NCBI GenBank assembly: GCA_051362555.1
Contig: CM120645.1
Coordinates: forward strand, 5,704,001-5,768,000
DNA: 64,000 nucleotides
Direction: 5' to 3'
DNA from: Lingula anatina
Lineage: Eukaryota > Animalia > Brachiopoda
This document shows, piece by piece, positions 63,492 to 64,000 of the stretch. A model generated the notes under the pieces. That model was not told the origin of the DNA and ran no database searches. It was given only the letters and a program-made list of their open reading frames with translations. Made by a program: the position numbers and the translations under genes. The stretch's first letter is position 1. The number at the start of each line of letters is the position of its first letter.

Positions 63492-64000
63492 TTGTAAGAT
63501 ACTTGTTTAAAAATAGGAATTTTCTTAAAGAATTACTGAATATTTGTTAGAATTTTTAGTGGAGTCATATCTAATAGAAACTAGTAAATGTGTAATGTTA
63601 TAAATCTAGAAAAAGTATAATCGAGTAACAGAAATTATTTGCAATACTTTCAAAATGAAATAATTAGAATATTCAAACAAAGAAATTTAAATTCATTTAT
63701 TTAAGCAAGTTCAAAATATTGATAGAAACAAGAAACGGATGGATTAAAGCCAGATTGAAATCATGCCCATTGGCCATGGGTTAACTTATAATACACATTA
63801 TAAAGTGCAAGCTTAATTAATCTGATTCATTAATATTCCAGTACATTGATATTTAGTATCACAATGTTGACTGTTCCAGATATGTAACCATACCCTTCTG
63901 TTGGACTACAGGCTGTGGTAAAGTACAGTAATCGGTAAATTTTGCCCAGTATTAGTATAACTTTTACTGGTTTCTTCAGCCAGTTACTTGTTGCATATCC
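63492..64000. repeat. Segmental duplication, copy 2 (runs off the window)
   Basis: Highly similar to 58625-59143. Confidence 0.9.

Overview
AT-rich, intron-rich animal genomic DNA, probably a lophotrochozoan such as a mollusc (inferred). Bases 146-46513 (+) are the 5'-incomplete HUWE1 HECT E3 ligase gene. Next come EBP (sterol isomerase, - strand) and BAP1 (+ strand), head-to-head, with a tRNA-Asp(GUC) inside BAP1 intron 2. The window ends with a tandemly duplicated small gene family with a possible LC8/dynein-light-chain-like fold. The main hidden signal is that the HUWE1 introns hold about 26 sense-strand snoRNA candidates, mostly one per intron. Six families are multi-copy: SNORD27-like x5, SNORD50-guide-like x4, SNORD93-like x2, SNORA15/SNORA80-chimera-like x4, a 28S/18S dual H/ACA x3 plus a half copy, and an 18S Psi119 guide x2. 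Singletons are SNORD121-like, SNORD55-like and three further H/ACA RNAs. Several H/ACA RNAs pair guide hairpins in combinations that differ from the human genes. Also present: a Helentron-type element inserted into the terminal repeat of a Harbinger-type MITE, tandem repeats built from exon ends plus splice donors, and a candidate 15-nt BAP1 microexon. All rRNA targets were assigned by eye against remembered conserved rRNA sequence (human numbering from memory) and need computational confirmation.
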